Source of the DNA: Leucoraja ocellata
Lineage: Eukaryota
Assembly: GCA_036785375.1 (NCBI GenBank)
Contig: JAWMAR010000034.1
Coordinates: 4,650,001-4,714,000 of the forward strand
Direction of reading: 5' to 3'
Length of the DNA stretch: 64,000 nt
The position numbers and the translations under genes were made by a program. The notes beneath the pieces are model-generated. The model was not told the DNA's origin, did no database searches, and saw only the letters and a program-made list of their open reading frames with translations. Shown piece by piece: positions 60,501 to 64,000 of this stretch. How positions within the stretch are numbered: position 1 is the stretch's first letter; the number at the start of each line of letters is the position of its first letter.

Positions 60501-63500
60501 GTTTTTTATATTGAAAATTGTTGTAAAGGTTTTTTGAACCTTGTTGCACGATATACTCAGCTGCAGCCAACCCTTATGAGATTTTCCTCATCAAAATGCT
60601 TATTAATTTCAGAGAAAAACAGGCCAGTGACAAGAAGAAATTGCAGAAATTGTGTGACAAAGCAAAAGAAAATGGCAAAGAGTCAGCAAACAGACTCTTA
60701 TCTGTTGAGGTATTTATTATCGAGAATGATTGCAAACATTGGGAATGATTGCATATGTTGCATAGAGAATATGCTGTGTATCATATACGTATGGAGTGTT
60801 GAACATTTAATATGAAATGTGTTTAAATCTAATTTCAAATATTACCTATTTTTTTTTCATCTGCACTTTCTCTAACACTATACCGCTGTTACACTATATT
60901 CTGCAGTCTAGTATTTTTCACTTTGCACAACCTGTTGTACTTGTGTGTGGCTTGATTGTATTCTTGTATAGTATGATTTGACCGGATAGCGCCCAAACAA
61001 AGCTTTTCACTGTATCTCAGTACATGCGACACTAATAAATCAACACCAATAATATTTGAATAGTTGTGCTGTTTTGAATAGCTTACCTCTAATATGCTCA
61101 GTGTTATCGTGTGGAATATCTATTTTCTTTCTCCTTTGCTCAACAAACCATCCCCTGATATAGCTTTATTAAAGGAGTGGCCTGGTAGCAAACATGACTA
61201 ACTTCTTTATTGAATCTTTCCATTGGATTTTGGCCCTGAAAAGGCAATAAAGCAGTATCTCACTTTTTATGGCGCACTTACAGGTTGTGACTGTTGGACT
61301 GTCAGATCAGATTTGTAGTTTCACTCCAACACAGTGTGTGGCACAGTGACGTAGCTGGTAGAGCTGCTGCCTTACAGTGCCAGAATGCCCAAGTTCGATC
61401 CTGACCTTGGATGCTGTTTGTGTGGAGTTTGCATGTTCTCTCTGCAACCATGTGAGTTTTCTCCCGCATCTCAAAGACGTGCGGGTTTGTAGGTTAATTG
61501 GCCTTATGCAAATTGCACTTATTGTGCAGGGAGTGAGTGGGGAAGTGGGGTAACATAAAATTAGTGTGGAAAGTGACCAATATTCGGCATGGGCCAAAGT
61601 GCTTGTTTCTACACTGAATCTTTAAAACCTTCAAAGCTTTGCTCATGTAGACATGGCTGGGGCCTCTGCTTCCACTTGGCAGTGCTTTCCAAGTACTCCT
61701 CTCTTAGGAGGGAAAAAAATGAGTGCTTTTGAAGGTATCTTTTATCCTATACCCTAAATTTACGTCCTCTGGGTCTGGATTTATTCGGTCTGGTCTTCCC
61801 TGTGGTGTAGTGACCTTTGAACTGCACGGAGTATTCCAGCTGAATTCTGACCAATGCTTTATAAAGTTGGAGCATAGCCTTTATTCCCAGCAAACATTGG
61901 GGAATTGTGGTGACCATCCAGTTGAATTTATATATTATATTGTTTAAAAAAAAAAAAAAGGATTTGTAACTTTCATTTTGAACGCAGTCCTTGCCAATTC
62001 ATGGCATTCCCCTTAGAAGATTCAAGAATGGTGATGCCAAATTCGAAGTCCATCTGAATAAGTACTGTAAGAGACAGTAAAATCAGTCCTTTGCTCTTTT
62101 ATTGTTTAACATATTTAAAAGTGGTAACATGGACATCGATCTACTTTAATTTCTTGCTACAGACTAAGATTCTGGAATGGAAGAAACACACAAAGTTGTA
62201 TTTTCTCAATCGCTTGCATCAGGAGGCTGTTGAAAATGTGAAGTTTTATACAGCACAGAAAGCTCAGTAAGTTTCAGTACACATTTCACTATTTGCAGTT
62301 TACTATTTATTTTCTAATGGTAATTGTGAAAAGTATCTGTCAAATTGATTAGGCTAGATCATCCTGTGTCTGCTTGTCTGAGCTTGCTACCACAATGCCT
62401 GTGCAACTCCACTAATAAGTTAGGGATGCAGAGGGCCGACCAATGTGACCTCAGGATCTGCAAACCAGCAGCTAGAAACCAGGAAAGAGTGCAGAGATTT
62501 ACAAGGATGTTGCCAGGACCTGACAGCCTGAGTTAGAAGGAGAGGTTGGGCATGTTCAGACTTCTTTGGAGCACAGGAGACTGAGGGGTGATCTTGTAGA
62601 AGTGTATAAAATCATGAGAACAGATAGGATGAATACATTTGTTTAAGAAGGAACTGCAGATGCTGGAAAATCGAAGGTAGACAAAAGTCTGAAGTCTGAA
62701 GAAGGGTTTTGGCCCGAAACGTTGCCTATTTCCTTCGCTCCTTAGATGCTGCCTCACCCTCTGAGTTTCTCCAGCATTTTTGTCTACCTAGGATGAATAT
62801 ATAGTGTTTTTTACTGAGGATAGCGAATCAAAAACAAGAGGACATAGGTTTAAGTTGAGAGGGACAAGATTTGATGAGAACCTGAAGGGCAATTTCTTTT
62901 ACTATTGTTGGTGGGTACATAGAACAAGCTATCAGAGGGGTAGTTGAGGCAGCATTTAAAATACATTTGGACAAGTACATGGATAGAAAAGGTTTAGAGG
63001 ATTACGTCCCAAGTGCAAGCAAAATGGACTAGCTTAAATGGGGCATCATAGTCGGCATAGACAAGTTAAGCCAACGTGCCTGTTTTCATGCTGTACGATT
63101 TTTATGACTCTTGTCTTGGGATGGATCCGGAGGTTACTGTTAAAACCTGGAAATAAGTGTTATCACAAATACTTAAGACAACTAGCAATTAATGAAAAAA
63201 ACAGGATTAGGTAATTAGGGGCGATGTTGCTTATGCCAGGGATCCTTGACATAAAGCGTAGGCGTCTAATGCACTTGCAACTGGGCCGTCTCTTCAGTAA
63301 GTCTGCACTCCTTTATTTTCCTGCCTGTGCTTTGCTATGTGGAATTTAGAGACTTATGGCACAGAAACTAAATCATTAACAAACACTTCAATCATTAGTA
63401 GTCTCTACACTCAAAATAGAGATGCACAGAACCTAACCGGCATGGAATCACCAGCGACAGCAAAGTACAGTGTGGAACACTATTATTTTGGTTTTCGTGG

Positions 63501-63813
63501 ACATGTACTGCTTCTATGTTTTTCCACAGCAGAATGATGCAGTGTAAACGTGGTAGACATACAGCATTTGATTGTATTAGGCAAGAAACATAACTAGCAA
63601 TGGGCCAGTACTTGCAAGACAAATGTCCCTTCCTTTATATAAAATGTTATGAGTTATGAATTAAGATGAATGGAATACTTGATTCTTGCTCGACTGTAAA
63701 GTAATCCCTTAATATATCTTTAAAGGAGGGCACATTCTCCAGACGTTGTCACTAGCTGTGACATGTGGGAAAAAAGATTGAAAGGAATTCAAGGACAAAT
63801 TACTCTAATCGAA
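21532..63813 (+). CDS. TTC3-like (TTC3/DZIP3 family, putative E3 ubiquitin ligase) protein, 3' end beyond the window
   Basis: 35 GT-AG exons join in phase (3630 nt): 21532-21612, 22220-22271, 23702-23864, 24295-24382, 24473-24529, 25612-25735, 27023-27102, 28518-28612, 29323-29385, 29944-29998, 30250-30415, 31189-31219, 31683-31863, 34959-35332, 35835-35946, 39472-39591, 41029-41109, 41789-41910, 43471-43597, 46269-46394, 46962-47063, 47666-47752, 48645-48712, 50425-50513, 51232-51269, 52206-52247, 54355-54401, 55458-55617, 57471-57533, 58163-58312, 59645-59784, 60415-60471, 60613-60709, 62163-62266, 63726-63813. TTC3-like motifs: TPRs ([34 protein letters not shown]), [15 protein letters not shown], Cys-rich [12 protein letters not shown]...SDPDFKGFVRVHC...EYHLFCWK...[16 protein letters not shown] and a coiled coil. 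No RING inside the window. Small exons in low-complexity parts are less certain. Confidence 0.85.
22441..23392 (-). mobile_element. CR1/HER1-type LINE 3' portion
   Basis: [21 protein letters not shown] (RT) and [12 protein letters not shown]...[13 protein letters not shown]...[14 protein letters not shown]. 3' tail shared with the HE1-type SINEs. Confidence 0.9.
25002..25305 (+). mobile_element. tRNA-derived SINE (HE1/V-SINE type)
   Basis: A-box GGTGGCGCAG, B-box GGTTCGATCC, V-SINE-like core, LINE-derived tail GGGCCGAAGG...CTGTATCTCTAAACTAAACT. Confidence 0.85.
27480..27812. repeat. GC-rich ~112-bp tandem repeat pair plus an inverted copy
   Basis: GGACACCGGCC(T/C)GTTGCAGTGGCGGC... at ~27512 and ~27624; reverse-complement copy ending ...CCACTGCAAAGGGCCGGTGTCC at 27812. 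Confidence 0.75.
28001..28299 (+). mobile_element. tRNA-derived SINE (HE1/V-SINE type)
   Basis: Same head, core and tail as 25002-25305. Confidence 0.8.
30630..30990 (+). mobile_element. Penelope-like element remnant (GIY-YIG)
   Basis: 30639-30692 reads [18 protein letters not shown]; ends in the GATGCTGCCTGACCCGCTGA...CTCCAGCACTTTGTGTCT terminus. Confidence 0.75.
31346..31645 (+). mobile_element. tRNA-derived SINE (HE1/V-SINE type)
   Basis: A/B boxes (AGTGGCACAGCGG, GGTTCAATCC) with the shared core and tail. Confidence 0.8.
32655..32938 (+). mobile_element. tRNA-derived SINE (HE1/V-SINE type)
   Basis: B-box GGTTCGATCC with the shared core and tail. Confidence 0.75.
36439..36610 (+). mobile_element. 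Tc1-like transposon terminal fragment (one TIR)
   Basis: TA|CAGTGGCTTGCAAAAGTATTCATACCCCTTGAACTTTTCCAC: TA target plus the CAGTG...AAAAGTATTC terminus typical of fish/amphibian Tc1 elements. No second TIR or transposase seen. Confidence 0.8.
45805..46123 (+). mobile_element. tRNA-derived SINE (HE1/V-SINE type)
   Basis: GCAGCTGGTAGAGCTGCTGCCTCACA head with the shared core and tail. Confidence 0.8.
47845..48085 (+). mobile_element. CR1-type LINE 3' end
   Basis: [29 protein letters not shown] followed by the GAAGGGCCGAATGGCCTACTCCTGC tail. Confidence 0.85.
48825..49282 (+). mobile_element. GC-rich non-coding retroposon with internal tandem repeat and microsatellite tail
   Basis: Duplicated CCCGGCGCGGCTTTAA(A)TGGCCGCGGGACAC unit; TTGCCTTCCATCACAGTGAGG shared with 53370-53998; AATAAA then (TTGTA)n tail. 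Confidence 0.6.
53370..53998 (+). mobile_element. GC-rich non-coding retroposon related to 48825-49282
   Basis: Three AACATCGTG(C/G)AG repeat units; TTGCCTTCCATCACAGTGAGG; TGACAATAAA with a (CCTTTGAA)-type tail. Confidence 0.6.
56081..56238 (-). mobile_element. Short SINE-like retroposon headed by an HDV-like ribozyme
   Basis: Flanked by a 9-bp direct repeat TCCTTGTCC (56072-56080, 56239-56247). Minus strand has a structured body and an AAAAGAAAGAAGAA tail. Confidence 0.7.
56185..56238 (-). ncRNA. Candidate minimal HDV-like (CPEB3-type) self-cleaving ribozyme
   Basis: Minus strand GGGGTGG-AA-GATTGAA-ACC-TCCACGT-GGT-CCGCCCT-GT-TTCGA-CTAA-TGCAATC fits P1 / J1/2 / P2 / P3 / L3 / P3' / P1' / J1/4 / reduced P4 / J4/2 / P2', with a G1-U wobble and a catalytic-position C. 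One A-G mismatch in P2. Confidence 0.75.
61340..61622 (+). mobile_element. tRNA-derived SINE (HE1/V-SINE type)
   Basis: GTAGCTGGTAGAGCTGCTGCCTTACAG head, AGTTCGATCC B-box, shared core. Confidence 0.75.
62480..63110 (+). mobile_element. CR1/HER1-type LINE 3' remnant, interrupted at 62636-62788
   Basis: [12 protein letters not shown]..., GAGGGGTGATCTTGTAGAAGTGTATAAAATCATG, and the 3' UTR tail. Confidence 0.8.
62636..62788 (+). mobile_element. Short Penelope-type terminal-repeat insertion with a hammerhead-like core
   Basis: 11-bp direct repeat TAGGATGAATA (62625-62635, 62789-62799); partially inverted ends; CTGAAGA-AGGGTTTTGGCCC-GAAAC-GTT at 62696-62723. Confidence 0.7.
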
Positions 63814-64000
63814 GTGAGCTGCTTTTTTTTGTCAATTTTAAAATTCTCAGGTTTCAGCAATAAAAGATAATTGACAGATTTGTAAGTACAGTATAAATTG
63901 CATGGCGGTTTTCATTTTATTCTTTACTCTGACTATTACTCCTCTGCTTCTGTAATCTTATCGCTGCTTGCACCCCAGACCTGAATTGTCTGCAAAACCT

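Overview
Vertebrate genomic DNA, most likely a cartilaginous fish (skate/ray; inferred from HE1-type V-SINEs and CR1/HER1-type LINEs). Three + strand genes. (1) The last three exons of an HSC70/HSPA8 paralog (271-1985). (2) A complete second HSC70/HSPA8 gene (TSS ~9022, CDS 10882-14299, 643 aa) with a CCAAT/CRE/HSE promoter and two intronic U14 (SNORD14) snoRNAs. (3) A divergent, internally shortened TTC3/DZIP3-family gene with a CpG-island promoter at ~19.4 kb; I traced 35 phase-consistent coding exons (21532-63813, about 1210 codons) and the gene runs off the window end. The rest is mostly retroelements and DNA-transposon remnants. Most notable: a 158-bp SINE-like insertion (56081-56238, minus strand) whose first 54 nt fold into a minimal CPEB3/HDV-like ribozyme, with the predicted cleavage site exactly at the target-site duplication; many Penelope-type termini carrying minimal hammerhead-like cores; and an exon-restricted gene-conversion signal between the two hsc70 genes. 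All alignments and folds were done by eye; no database search was run.
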